Origin: Octopus sinensis
Lineage: Eukaryota
NCBI RefSeq assembly: GCF_006345805.1
Contig: NC_043000.1
Location: forward strand, 48,546,001 to 48,610,000
DNA: 64,000 nt
Reading direction: 5' to 3'
The notes under the pieces: model-generated
Told to the model about the DNA's origin: nothing
Seen by the model: only the letters and a program-made list of their open reading frames with translations
Databases searched by the model: none
Program-made: the position numbers and the translations under genes
Shown here: positions 38,999 through 53,345 of the stretch, piece after piece
Position numbering within the stretch: position 1 is the first letter of the stretch
Layout: every line of letters starts with the position of its first letter

Positions 38999-41900
38999 AA
39001 ATTATTTGTGCAGGACGTTCAGCAAAACCTGAACACTCATACGTCACCTTCAGCGGGAGATTCCATCATTATTATTGCAGCAATCTTTCAAAGATCAACC
39101 AAAGAGAAATAAAATACTGCTGAATAAGTGAAAACTTTTGGAGATTAATTTTGGGGCATCTCGATTCAGATACTAACCTTTCAAATTACTTGAAAGCTAA
39201 AAATTTGTTGCATTTTCTTTTAAATATTATTATCTAAAGAAACTAATAATAGTTTGACTGCATCGATTAGATATCTTTGAAATTTGTATTTATGAATCTC
39301 CGTCTAGACAAAGGGCATCTAATTTGATTTTATTATTGCATAGTTTTCTTTTCTATGGAATGTTTAGAAAATATTTGGTATTTGTTTATTTCTCAGACTT
39401 TTCTGCATCTCTCAGAAATGAGAGTTCTCTAAGCATCGACGGAGAGCCTCCAACACAGAATTGTATAGAGACAACGAGCGAAATGCGTCGTGAAATATTA
39501 TCTTTAGAAACATTAATAAAACGTAGATAAATGAAAGTAAAAAAATAAGGTGAAAGATCCACCTTTTGAATTGCAAAGTAGGCCGTATATTTAAGTCTCT
39601 CGCCACAATTATTAAACCAAAATAAAAATACAGATATTGTATTACAGCTGCTAAAACCAGTAGATAGAAAGTATTTGTAATATTACGTTTATCAAAAGAG
39701 AAACGATTAATGGATGTAATTTTGTAAAGTATATATATATATATATATATTATAATAAATCTAAACTTCTTACGAATAATTGTCTCTGCATCCACGAGGC
39801 GTATTGTCTATTTCATATTAGAATATATAACAACAACAATGCATATTGGAAGAAGTATGTTAATGATTATTCCCATATATTTTAAAATGTCACATCTAAT
39901 TTGCATAGCAGTAACGAAAGAAAAAACGGAAGGTAATAACAGTTGATGAAATCTCAGTATAAATTGCATTCGTGTATTAAATAATGTTGAAGGAAATTTT
40001 CATCTCGTTTTTACATCCATTGGTATTTATCGCATATGCCAAAATTGCTATATAATGTAATATATATATGTGCAATCTGAAGCAAACATTTTTATTTAAT
40101 ACCTGATATATTAACGGTTCGCTGTATTATTTCCTTTTACATAAATATATATCTCATTGAACAGATATTTATTTCCTGTTTTTGTGTCGCAAAATTAATT
40201 AGAAACAGATTTTCGCCTGCATAAGACGTATATCTGTTACATGTTACATTTACTCCGGAAAGATTTGAAATTAGTTCGGAAATCAGCAGAGCATATGCAT
40301 ATGTTATAGAGTTTCCAGTGTTTTCACTCCAGCTATATGAAACTGGCTGCTGTTAGGGCCTATATTTCTTGGCCATGCTTGCATTGCCGTTCCTCCACTG
40401 TCCTCTCAGCTGAGTGACTTATGCCCTGCTAACCTGAACACTTTATATTCTTTCAGTAATATTTGTAAATGAATATCAATGTAGATTGCTGGACTGCATC
40501 AGACAAAACTTAGCTTCCAGTACAACCGAGAACCTAATGTATTTTCTATTCTTAAAGGTGACTGTTTCACATCGACTTTTCTAAAATATTATCCATTAAT
40601 ACTTGACAAACTGAGGACAACCAATATGAATAAAACCAAGAAGTGCAGATCCATAAACTGCAAGAGGGACTTGATTCCGATTTGAATCTTATTTATTAAA
40701 TTATAATCGTCCTAATTAATTTAGGATAGGACATTTACGTCTTCAGGAAACCATCACTGCCGTTGTCATATAACTGATAATAGAAAAGAATTTAATTTTA
40801 TACTTACATGCCACCTATGTTACAGTTAAACCTTCACATATGTACATACTGTCGATAGTATCAGATAGGCATTGACTTCACAACATCTTATCTCATAAAA
40901 TCTCTTTTGTAAGAAATCAATACACAACATAGAAATCTTTACAGACCAAGGTATAATATATAATTTTTTGTAAAGAATTTTACAGCACACTATAGCAATA
41001 TCACTCACAGTTATGACGCATGAATAAGAAATTCTGCACTAAATGATCTCGCGAATGAATATAAGAAATTGCTTCCGATAATGAAGATTGCGTATTTAAC
41101 TGGATTCCTTTTGACGCGTTAATATAGCCAGGAAACCTTTAGGAAGAAACTAGCAGTATAGCATGCTTCAGCTTCGAAAGAAAGGAGTGACCTAGTGTGT
41201 TTAGTTAATGATAATCGATACTTATTTCCGATTTCTATCCGCGTATTCTCTATTGCCTGTTAAAGCAGCAGGAGGTAATTGCAAAATGAAATTACGTGGA
41301 GGAACCAACTAATTTGCTGGTTTCAAACTTTAAGTATGTGTTGAAAAACGCTGAAGGGATATATAGATAGTATAATACACATACTTTAGGCCACTGCATT
41401 CCTCGTTACCTTTTTTTTATTAAAAACATTGATCTCTCAACTTAGAGTTGAGAAAATGTGGTTTTGTGGTGTTCATGTCATTCCTAAGTTTAAAATATGT
41501 AAATTTAAATACATTCATCAGAGAATAGAAATTATATTATGTTTTCCACTTTAAGAATATTGCTCGCTTTTAGCTTGAGAGAATATAAGCTTGGATTTAG
41601 TTAGATACATCGAGGCGAGGAGACTTGTATTTATGTACATTAAGCACCTCGTAGAAATTTGAGATATGTAACCTGTAATTAAATTGCTGTAATACGAAAT
41701 GAAATGACTAAAAGTAACCTGAAATGAAATAAATAAGCAGATGTAACCTGAAATCAACATTTCTTATACTCTGATGATTAAATGTTGCTTATTTTTGTCG
41801 TTCATGCATATAAGAGATCTATAGAAATCATATTTTCTCACAGAATATGATTACAACACTATTAGAAACCCATGTTCATGAATGAATAATTGATGAATGG

Positions 41901-44900
41901 ATGACTGGATGAATAAATGAATATACTCATCTACACAACTGGTAATGGAAGGGCCTCAGATAAATTTTGTAATATTTGTCAATTTTGTTCACTAACATTG
42001 AAGCGAAAAAAGAAAACTGAACCTGGCAGGTGACGCCAGACTGGAAAGTAAATTGTTACACATTAGAAGGCCACTCTTTATGTTTTACAATATACAGTAT
42101 ACAACTGTGTCCTCTCCCTTTTACTACATGTGTTTCTTCTATCCCATAATAGAAATAGAGAATGATTTATTCTTAGAATATTGAGAACAACTTTTAATTT
42201 GACAAATCCTTTATAGTAAAATCTTCGGCAGTATCAAATTTGTAGGGAAAATATTCACTCTATTTCCAATGCTACAAGAGGATCTTGGCTAATGCCCTTC
42301 CTTGGACGGTTACAACTTTTAGAATATTGTAAGATACTATTTAAGTTTGAAAGATACTAAATGTTCTCCTTCAACAATTTGCTGCAATTTAATCACTGTT
42401 TGCGAAAACAACGTATTATCAATACTAGATTTTAAGAAAACAGTATTATAAATTGAATAATTAAACTGAAAGATTTATTTCACCAATACGACTTGTTTTT
42501 GCTCAAATCAAAACCGAAACATCGCAATTTACATTCCTTGTTTTTGTGGCTTTGTAATGTGCTGCACCAAACAATAAATTGTTAAATGCAATAAGACAGT
42601 AGACAGATGGCAATCTTTGGTACTTGTAGAGCAGTAGAATTTAACATGCACTGTGCTGATTTATGTGAATGTATGAGTAAAGATTTGCTAATGTGCATCA
42701 ACATCCGTTCAGATATTTCATTAAAATAAAACAATACGTTATGTCTGGATTCAATTATTTCGACCTCATAAAGGTCTGTCTTCTGAAAATTAATGAAATT
42801 TAAATAGGCAAGGGTCCTTCATCAAATGTAAAGTTTGTCATTTATAGTTATTTTATAGTCTGAAGACATATTTGTCATACATTCCCTCCAATCAAGTAGT
42901 CAATGCTGGAATTTGATTCATGATAATAGTTTACGAAAGAGAACCCCCCTTATTCAGTTTACAAGCATTAAAGATGTTCATGGAAATATAAAAAGGATTT
43001 AATGACTTTTATTATGAAATTTAAGATTAATATTTTTAATTGTAACTTTAATCTGCATTTTTCGTGAATAGCAGGTAAGGTTTCTATACTCTTGTTTCAT
43101 CATAAGTCAGAGATAAAGCTGTCTTCAGCAAATTGTTGTCTAAAATTTATATGCAATCTGTTTTCCATCAAGAATTTATCGTTAAGATTTTTAAGGTCTC
43201 CTGTTAACAAATGCTGTGGATTAATCATCATAATGAGAAATTAATGGCTTTTGAATGTTTGCATAAATAAAGAGATATGAGTTTAGACAAATGTGCAGCT
43301 GGAGAAATTTTTCCATTAACGATTGTTTTCACATTTAATCAATAACGTACATATATGTAAACTGATGACCCTAACTTTTTTCTCAATCCTGAACATTCAC
43401 ATGACACCTAGTTCATCACGTTTGTTGTTGTTGTTGTTGTTGTTGTTTTGTGCTTTTTGGTGGTGGAGGAAGGAATCGTCTGATAATTTGATTACATATT
43501 CTCCTTAGATTCAGTGTGCAGTATTGATGTAGTCTCTAAAGGCCAAATTATTATGCAACGTAAATATGAAAATATTAGGTGAAAGTCTGTTTTTCAATTA
43601 TCAATTTGTAGATAAATTTATCTAGCTGAATTCATACTGCCCATGATATAAAATTTAAGGAAAAACCTTTGATTATTGTAAGTGAATCACCATGATATTT
43701 TGAGAGTATTTATATTATTTATCACACGGAATATCCAATCAGCAGTTCGTAAATTTTGAATATATTATCTTTATTACTATTTTGTGAGTGCACCAAAACA
43801 TTCAGGTCTGACTCGCAATACCTTTATAAATAAATCTATGACTACAGAGGAAAATATGATTATATGTGCATTTGTTCTGTCCTCCAGCTTCCCACTGTGT
43901 AATACTTTTGACAAACAGGAAATACATCGAGTTATGTCTCTAAAATAAGGTATAAATAATAAAGTTATTTCTAACTACCTAATTGTAATGTGGATATTAA
44001 ATAATATTTGTGCTGTTTTCAATGATCAGCGAGTAATATATTTCTGAATTATTAGTATATTTTATTATCTAGCAGATTTGAATTTTTAGGCAGAATCTCT
44101 TTAGCTATATTGGGGATACATGCATTTGTCAAAATAAGAAAACATTATATTAAAATATTATTATATCAATAATCCAACTCTTTAATTAGTAGTCATTAAA
44201 ATTGCAAATCTTCTATAATTCCAGCTTCCATAGAATCAATAATACGAAAGTTAAACTGTGTTTAGAAATTCACAAAATTAATTTAAAATATGAAGTCACA
44301 AATGGTAGAACAACTTATCGAGAAATGCTTACAATTTATGTCTTAAAACATAAAATGTAATATAGTTGTACGCTACTTCCTTTTATTTCTGATTTATCTT
44401 TGTTTCTTGTTTTCTATGTAAGAACCCACAAAACGTAAATTATAGTGTATTCTAATCTCATGAAATAAATAGAAGAAATATTTACAATCAATAATCACAA
44501 GGCAAACAAGATTTTAAGGCTCCACATGTTGAGAGATAATTAAGAACTGATTTCACATTGCATTGCTTAGTTATGCAGAAAATTATTATTCATATTTTAT
44601 GTGTATGAAGTTGATCCAGTTTGCCGTCGTATATGCTCTATGATCTACTGTTTAATAACTGTTGCTGATATTTACAAAATGATGCATATTATAATACTAG
44701 CATGCAAGAAATAGTTTAATAACTTTATAAACCAGGAAAATTTCACTCAGATGAGTGTGTATACAATTAAATACGAAATATGAATAGTAAAATCTTAGAT
44801 AAGTTCGAAATCAAATGTTCTATTAAAGGAAAGGAAATAATTGTGAACTTTATATCTTCCTGAAGGTTAGCTGCACGGTCTAAGCAAAGTGATTGCAATC

Positions 44901-46139
44901 TAAACACCAAACTATTTTCATATTTGTCTGGTGATGTAGCTGAACAAGAATAGACTATTTGTAATATTGGTCTCACTTGATTTAGCCCAGAACAAGAATA
45001 CCCTATTTCTAGTACTGATCTCAGTTGGTTTAGCCCCAAATCACGGTCGATATTCAATGAGTTTAGCTGCGAGCTTCATTCACAATATATAACTGATGCA
45101 TATAATTTTCAGACTCGGAATAAGTTGCATTTTAAAACTATTATGTATATTCTCTTTTTTTTCTCCATGTAGACTATAAATATTAAACTTAGAATATTGC
45201 TCACATCTACTGTTTAGCGATGTTATGTTACACATTAAAATAGAAAGAAAATACGTAATAAGAAAGAAGAGAAGAAAATCTAACGTTTCGGGCGAGACGT
45301 CTTTCAAACGGAATTAAAAATCGAAAAATGGATACTTTTTCCAAGCGCAATAGTGAAGTGAAGTTTCGAACAATGAGGCAAAAGTGCATAACTTTACGTA
45401 ACAGAGTACTAAATACATAAGCTGCTAATTCGAAAGCATGGTTGAAGTTGTTTGGAGATATACTATTTATTCATGTTTCTTCTCATTTATAAGAGCAATA
45501 CGTATTTATATATATATATTATATAGTTATATAATATATAGTTAAATGAAAAATATATAGTTAAATGAAAATCTATAAAGCATGTTATCGTTAATCTTAG
45601 ACTCACCTATATATTTGTGTGTTTATGTGTGTGTAATTATGTGCGTGTGTGTGTGTATCGATGGATAAAATCAATATTATCAATGATGTGTGTAAATTTT
45701 TATAGTGGGTATTTTGTATCAACATCATCACCTTATATCATCCAATATGCATAATCTATATTCGATTCGATTTGATTTGAAAAGAAAAAAATGTTGTTGG
45801 TACGATAATTTAATGCTGCGAATTTCTGGTACTTCTGATAATGATACATTTTTATTGCCTTGTGAATTTAACGTAGAAACTACAGTTACATAACTACCAC
45901 AAGTTACACAGCCTATACGGAAACCGTATTTTAAGCGAGAAATTTGCTGGAGTTCGATTTCAAATTAATCTATACGAGACGAAACCCTGAAAATGTATAC
46001 TGTTCTACCCCCGCTTCCTAAGCAAAGCAATGAAGTTGCAAAAATTAGTTTGAATTTGCGAAAGAGTGCTTTTGTGATTTTTCTATCTCAACTGAACAAG
46101 TAATAATTCCATTTTTCTTGTAAAACCTCAGGTTCACAC

Positions 46140-46216
46140 ACACATACATACATACATGGATACATACATATATGCATACATGCATACATACATACATTCA
46201 TGCATACATGCATACA

Positions 46217-46249
<33 letters not shown>

Positions 46250-46345
46250 GCATGCATACATTCATGCATAAATGCATGCATACATTCATACATTCATGCA
46301 TACATGCATGCATGCATACATACATACATACATACATACATACCG
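46140..46345. repeat. (CATA)n/(CATG)n microsatellite
   Basis: Direct inspection. Confidence 0.95.
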
Positions 46346-47289
46346 TTGTTGATGTTGAAATTTCAATAAAGGAGCCTCGACTCTAGGTTAGAAACCGATT
46401 CTTTCTCTATTGGCAAGAAATCTTGAAAAACACGAAAGACATACTATTGGTAAGAAGTCTTGAAAAAAAATGACATGCTTACATACATACATACAAACAT
46501 ACATACATACACATATATAGACAAGACATTCAGACAATACTGAGAAAAAAGCAGACAGACAAACAGGTAAACGGATAGTTTACTATGCACTAAAACTTGC
46601 AAGACAAATTGAAATTAACTCCTGAAAGCAAAAGTTATCTATTGATTGTATTCGATTATATGGTGGAATATATTTATCAATTTATAATTCAGTTATCTCG
46701 TCTATGAAGTAATAGAGGTATTCTAAAGTTATTCTACTTTTCCATAATGTGATATTTAACAGCTTTGAAACTAAAAAATAGTTATATATGTTATAAGCTT
46801 AGTGTTGTATTCAAGCACTTATATATCATTGATTGTCATTTGTTGTTTAAAAATTATTTAGTAAACTAAAATCTTCACTAAGTTGGTCATTTCTTAACTT
46901 TGTGTTTTTCAAATAAAATTGAAAGTTCTAGTGAGATTAAATTATACGATGAAGCAGAAATATCAAGCGTGTATTCTATTTCTGCCTTATATATTATAAC
47001 TGTTTCTTTATGAGAAATTCTCCTTCAAATAATGATAGTAACATATACTTCTTATGTATTCTTAAAGAATTCAACTTGTATCACATGGATTTTAGTTAAG
47101 TGGGCTAATGCTATTTTACAGCGTTCACGACTTTCTCGGGATGACTATGAAACAATCAGAACAATTCTTCTAAATTGTCTCAACAAAAGCATTTCTCTAA
47201 GCCGGATGAGTCACCACAGCATGACATTTGCTATGTTGGATAAAAAGAAAACCTATCATAATACTATCGTCATACAATTATTTAATATT

Positions 47290-47627
47290 TATTATTTATT
47301 TTTATTTATTTATTAATTTATTTATACGCCCTTTTCAAGCCTAGACAGGCTCATGGGCGCGGTTTCCCGGTTTCTGTGGCGTATGTGTTCCCCCCAGGAA
47401 AACGAGACGCCAGCCCATCGCAGCGTTTCTCAAGAAACAGGAAGAAAGAGTGAGAGAAAGTTGAGGCGAAAGAGTACAACAGGGGTCGCCACCACTCCCT
47501 GCCGTAGCCTCGTGGAGCTTTAGGTGTTTTCGCTCAATAAACACACACAACGTCCGGTCTAGGAATCGAAACCGCGATCCTCCGACCGCGAGTCCGCTGC
47601 CCTAACCATTGAGCCATTGCGCCTCCA
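47290..47627 (-). mobile_element. SINE family A head with tail type 3 and (TAAA)n end
   Basis: Head and body match 939-1320 up to cttcctgtttc, then ctgcgatgggctggcgtctcg ... gaaaccgggaaaccgcgcccatgagcc. Confidence 0.9.
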
Positions 47628-48674
47628 CATTTCTTTTACTAATTACAAATTCCTTGCATTTTAAAGGATATAAATTAGGAAGTGTGTGGTAGCCTATTTC
47701 AACTACAGATTGAAATCACACTCCCGATTTTTGCTTCTCAGAAGATAACCTTTTGCTCTACTACGAGCACCATAGTATTTTAAAATCGAATGATTAAATA
47801 TTTTTCAGCTTCGTTGTTAACTACAATAGGGTTTAATTCGAGTAAAACTCTTAAATTCCCGTTTTACAGGTTTGAGAAAAAATTTATGGGAAATATGGAA
47901 CGATATGAATATGTAAACACTTATTTCATTGTTCTATGAACATCATTTGATTTAGGTGAAAAGAAGTACATGTACCTTTAATTAATGGATCGAGGATTGA
48001 AGTGGTTGATGAATAATTCTGGGATATTACTCTATTGAATATTTTTTAGCGCTGTTTTTTTTTTCTGAAATATGGAATTCCTTTCACTCATCAATTTAAA
48101 TCATGAGCAGATAGTAAAAGCAATGAATGAAATTTACAGAAAGGAGCTGTTATCAGGTATTTTTTTATTAGCTTTTGTAATTAAAGATGTATGAAAGGAA
48201 GTTTCTATAGGGTGAATAATAATCATGGCTTTAAATGCAAACTACATTCTAAGCAAAACACGAAGCAATCAGTTCTTTACAAGACCATATTTCTATACTC
48301 GCTCTGAAATCCATTTGGGGTTTTATTTCCTAGAGAAATAATACCGGCCTGGCTAATGGAGGGTCATAACTTCAACTTAGTTAAGTCTCCTTCTGTGTCA
48401 GTACAGTATGTTCAGAAGATCGAATGCATTCTCAATTAGTCACTGTGTATGAACTATATCTATAAAAAAATAATCTCTAGGTATAGATACGGTTAATAAT
48501 TTATAAGGAAATTTTTAACACATCTTGAAGTGATGTTAGAGATTATAAATACATGTTAAGCAATTGAACTATAGCCATTTCCAATTTTGTAAGACTTAAT
48601 CATCTTCTATGCAGTTAGTTCTATGCATGATATTTTAGACTATTTATATATCAGTCAAGTCAATATCTAGAATA

Positions 48675-48825
48675 ACTTTACGTTCTGAGTTCAAATTCCG
48701 CCAAGGTCGACTTTGACCTTCATCTATTCGACGTCGATAAAATAAGTTCAACACTGGGATCGATGTAATCAACACACTCCTTTCCTCGAACTTGCTGGCC
48801 TTGAGCCAAAATTTGAAATAAATAT
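48675..48825 (+). mobile_element. SINE family B, 5'-truncated, alternative tail
   Basis: tacgttctgagttcaaattccgccaaggtcgac ... cttgctggccttgagccaaaatttgaa. Confidence 0.8.
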
Positions 48826-50777
48826 CTAAAATAAATTGTTCAGTTGTGTACATAAAATACTTTATTTATTTATTCTCTTTGGTGGTGTTTTCATCATTTC
48901 CTCAACTGAAAATAAACTTGTAGCTAAAAAGTTTTTACTTTAGTTATAGTGACAAATATTTTGCGACAATTACTTCTATTCCAAGACAAATAAATAGTTA
49001 TTACAAAACTTCTTTGATTTGATACACTGCTGCCTTTCTTCAAAAATTGTTTTTGAAAAAAAATATTCGATGAAACGAAATGTTAGTTCAATTAGATTCA
49101 AATGCCACAGGACTGTAATTAGGGATTCTACATATTTCTTTTGATATACAAGTCATTCATTGTTTAATGGATTTCTTCATTACTATAACGATTAATTTGT
49201 AGAATACGACCTAATTAGATATATTCTACTGTGTGTCAGTAATTCTATGTAATATATACAAAGTGATAGGACTCCAGATGTTAAAATATTCAGACTCAAC
49301 AGCAAAGGTATATAGGAAAAGTATATTAAGAGTATTCTACTCAGGTATATTTCATCATATATTTTTTAACATCACACAAAACGCATTCATAAAAAAGCAA
49401 GGCAATATTTTCGTTTTATATATTGAATGCATATATTATGCTTATAGATATGGCCAGCATCCCTAATGCCTTGATAATCATATATACCTTGTCTATCGAC
49501 TAAAAGTAAAATTCCGATAACATTATTGCATTGCAGCTGCTGAAGATCTAAGAGAATTTCTTGGCTATGAACAATAACATTTATATGGCAGATTGTGTTA
49601 ATGGGATACTTTCGAAGTTATCTTCTGTTACAGTAGAGATGTTCAAATCTAAATATATCTATATGGAAATTTTGGTATCAGTCACAAGCTATACATCATG
49701 TAGTGATTTGAGAAAGATACTCTGGAGTGATATCCATCTACTATTAAAGTGTTTCAGTTCAGTATTCCTAGCTAACGAAACAATTGTTAATTATACAGTA
49801 TGATGCTACATTCGGCTATGAAAAAAGCCTTTACGAGGTTAACTATTAGGCATTGGCATTTTGCAATGAGAACTGAAGCAGATACAACTCTCGATTAGGA
49901 AAAAATACCCCGACAATAAAAGAACATTGAAAAATACAGCTTGTTAGTCATTTAACCAAATAGGAATTTGCTGTTATTCCCTTAAAAAATGTGATTGAGA
50001 TAAGACGAAGAAAAATATTCGTTATCTTTTTCTTTCATTCTAACACATCAATTTTAGTTGCTTGTTGGTTGTGGTCGAGGTTTCGTATTGGAAAATTGTA
50101 TTTACTTATTAGATGGGAGTTAATATCACAAATCGCTAAATATGCTTGACTGAGATAGATAGATATCTTTTCTTGCTTTTTTTTTTCAACAGAACGTTTA
50201 TTTTTTATCAAACTTTCGGCAGGAGACACGGTGTCTGTTACTTTAGATATCAGACGTAGCTCAAATGTTTAAATCAATCAGGAAGTGTAAAAGAAATCGT
50301 CGTAAGCCAAACATCAGCGAAATATTGATTTCTTCTTGTGTTATCTTAATCGTGCTTATGCGTGTATTATGCTATTACATACGAGTATGCATGAATAACT
50401 CTTAACTATTTTTCATTATTCAGCTTAGCCATTTTATGTGTAAGTATGTGTTTAGTCATGGTGCCAATTTTGAAACAAATAGGAATGTATTTCTAGAAAG
50501 GAAACCGAGTCAATAAATAATGGTTTGCGTTTCACGAGTAGGATTTTCTTTCTACAATGAAACGCTCCTAGGTATCAACTGTTTGTAATAATTATGTTTG
50601 GTCATATTAACTGACTTGTAGATTAGAGAAACGGAAAAGGGTAATTGTTGCGAGTAATAAAAATGCGATATTGTTATACATCATGGTTTTAAATATTCTA
50701 AATTGTCTCTGAGATTTACTTGTTATTACTGATTATCAATTTCACTATAAATTATCGATCAATCAGCATTTTAATCG

Positions 50778-50778
50778 T

Positions 50779-50850
<72 letters not shown>

Positions 50851-50905
50851 ACACATGCACACATACACCCATACGCATACAAACACATATGCACGTGTAT
50901 GTGTG
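50778..50905. repeat. (CA)n microsatellite
   Basis: Direct inspection. Confidence 0.95.
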
Positions 50906-51711
50906 TGAGAGGGTATCAGCGAGTAAAGTTGAGAGATAATAAAAATGTATCGAGTTTAAATTCGGATAACTTTCCGAATATATGTGCCGTTAATGTATGT
51001 GTACACCTGAAGTATATTTAAATATTGTATTTATAAATGGTATCAACGTTTATTTATTACTCTCTTCAATAAAGTAAAATTATGTAAATCTATATATTAA
51101 AAAGTTCACAAAGGGGAATAAGTTAGTCGGTGAGTAAGAAGGGTTAATTTGACGCTTGAATCGGATCCCCTTGTAGGTTTCAAAGAATTTATTGACAACG
51201 ATTTTTTAAAAATGGTTATTCAAAATTTACCATAAAATCTACTTAAAAGGCCATAAAAAAGAATGAAATATATGGAATGATCTATTTTTGTTAAATAAAA
51301 TATATGTGAGGTTAGAAAACTGAGACCATAGCTATCTTTTCGAATAGTCTTCACATCCAATGAATCGAGATCTGCGCGCTGTTGATCAGTAAAGATGCTT
51401 ATCGAATTAATTGAATCATGCTATTGTAAAACCAGGATACTGCTCAGACGATGACTGACGTGTCTAGTGGAATTTTTTCTTTTCCTATAGACGTTTAGTC
51501 AATCGAGATAATGATACAAATTACTGAAAAATTTATAAAACATTAATTTCAATGTATAACCGTACACACTAATAAAAACAATTGTATGTTATCAAATATC
51601 ATCTTTGAAAGATACCATTTTCGATTTCTACATAGCATTCTAAGTTTGAGAAGAGCAAAACACGAATAGAACCTTTGCTAAGAGGCAGTAATAAATATAT
51701 ATTAAATCTCT

Positions 51712-52118
51712 CTTTCACTCTTTCACTTGTTTCAGTCATTTGATTGTGGCCATGCTGGAGCACCGCCTTTGGTAGAGCAAATCAACTCCAGGGCTTATTC
51801 TTTGCAAGCCTAGTACTTATTCTATCGGCCTCTTTTGCCGAACCGCTAAGTTATGTGGACGTAAACACACCAGCATCGGTTGTCAAGCGATGTTGGGGAG
51901 ACAAACACAGACAGACAAGCACAGACACACACATACATATATATATACATATATGCGACGGGCTTCTTTCAGTTTCCGTCTACCAAATCCACTCAAATGG
52001 CTTCGGTCGGCCTGAGGCTATAGTAGAAGACACTTGCCCAAGGTGCCACGCAGTGGGACTCAACCTGGAACCATGTAGTTGGTAAACAAGTTACTTACCA
52101 CACAGGCCCTCCTGCGCT
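51712..52118 (-). mobile_element. SINE family C, full length
   Basis: Colinear and highly similar to 1602-2004. Confidence 0.92.
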
Positions 52119-52814
52119 ATTCTATTTCAACGTTTATAAGCATTGTACTGCTCTACTAGATATACCTCTCAGTCTTTGCAGAGCTGCAGCAACATTGATT
52201 GTTTACTACATCAGTTTCACTTTTTGAGTGTTTTTTCAGCGTTTTGTCTCAATGTTGTATAGAAAATGTGTTTCGTGGTAACATCATCCGTTTTGAAGTA
52301 TTGGGATTATATCGCAACTCATGCATCTTTCTACCCTTTAGACGTTCAATATAAACATGGATGCCAAGAGTCCCCCACCAAAACGGTCTCTAACGTTATT
52401 ACTCTTCTTTATCATAATTTCTATTACACCACAATGAATATCTCTGTATTCCTAATATATTCATGCGCGCATGTGATTGCACGTGCGTATGTGTGTGCGC
52501 AACATTGTATTTTTTTTTTAAATTGTAGATTAGTGTCAGTAACCTAGTTTTGTAAAATTACTTCATTATAGGGTTTTGTGATGTTGCTTCTAACATTTTG
52601 GTGTTTTTGTTTGTTTGCTAAATATGTGTGTTATGTGGGTTGTATTAGGTTGTTTTTTATTGTTTATGTTTTCTATGCGCCATGTCTTTTTTGCTGTTAG
52701 GAAGCGTTCTTCAATAACGAGGCATTTCCTTTTCAGGTTATTCTTGGCAACAATATCCGACGTTCTTATTTTTTATGTTCTTGATCATTCTGGATTATCA
52801 TATCCCAATATTTT

Positions 52815-52935
52815 ATTATTATTATTATTATCATCATCATCATCATCATCATTATTATTATTATCATCATTATTATCATCGTCGTCATCATCATCATCAT
52901 CATCGTCATCATCATCATTATTGTTGTTGTTGTTG
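52815..52935. repeat. (TTA)n/(TCA)n/(TTG)n microsatellite
   Basis: Direct inspection. Confidence 0.92.
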
Positions 52936-52994
52936 TACATGTTGATGTTGTTTCAAAAAGTTGGATGGGTATAAGCTTTTGAGATTAAAAAATG

Positions 52995-53345
52995 CCTTGT
53001 GAAGTATTTATTTGGGTTCTTTACCACCGAGATCAACTTTGCATTCCATCCTTTCGCGGTCTCGATAAAATAAAGTACTAGCCAAGAACTGGGATCGATA
53101 TAATAAACTCCCAGCCAGCCTGTAATTGCTTGCCTTCTGCTCAAAGTTTGAAGAATAAGGCGGTTAGCTGCCAGTATCATTAGCGCATCGAACAAAATGT
53201 TTAACGTCATTTCTCACGGCTTTTTACCTTTCAGTTAAAATTCCACTTTGGTCGAATTATCTTTCATTCTTTCGGAAGTCCATAACATAAAGTAACAGTC
53301 AAGTAACCCTCTCCTTAAAATTGTTGCTCTTGTGCCAAAATTTGA
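52995..53345 (+). mobile_element. Two old SINE family B remnants
   Basis: ccgagatcaactttgcattccatcctttcgcgg and ttgctcttgtgccaaaatttga. Confidence 0.6.

Noticed and set aside
39003-39065. Possible inverted hammerhead after the PLE RT fragment
   Set aside because: No GAAA strand or closing stem II could be drawn.
47032-50000. Several 30-90 codon plus-strand open frames with partial splice signals (47122, 47870, ending 48156, 49561)
   Set aside because: Could not be chained with consistent phases and both splice sites; this length is expected by chance in 64 kb.
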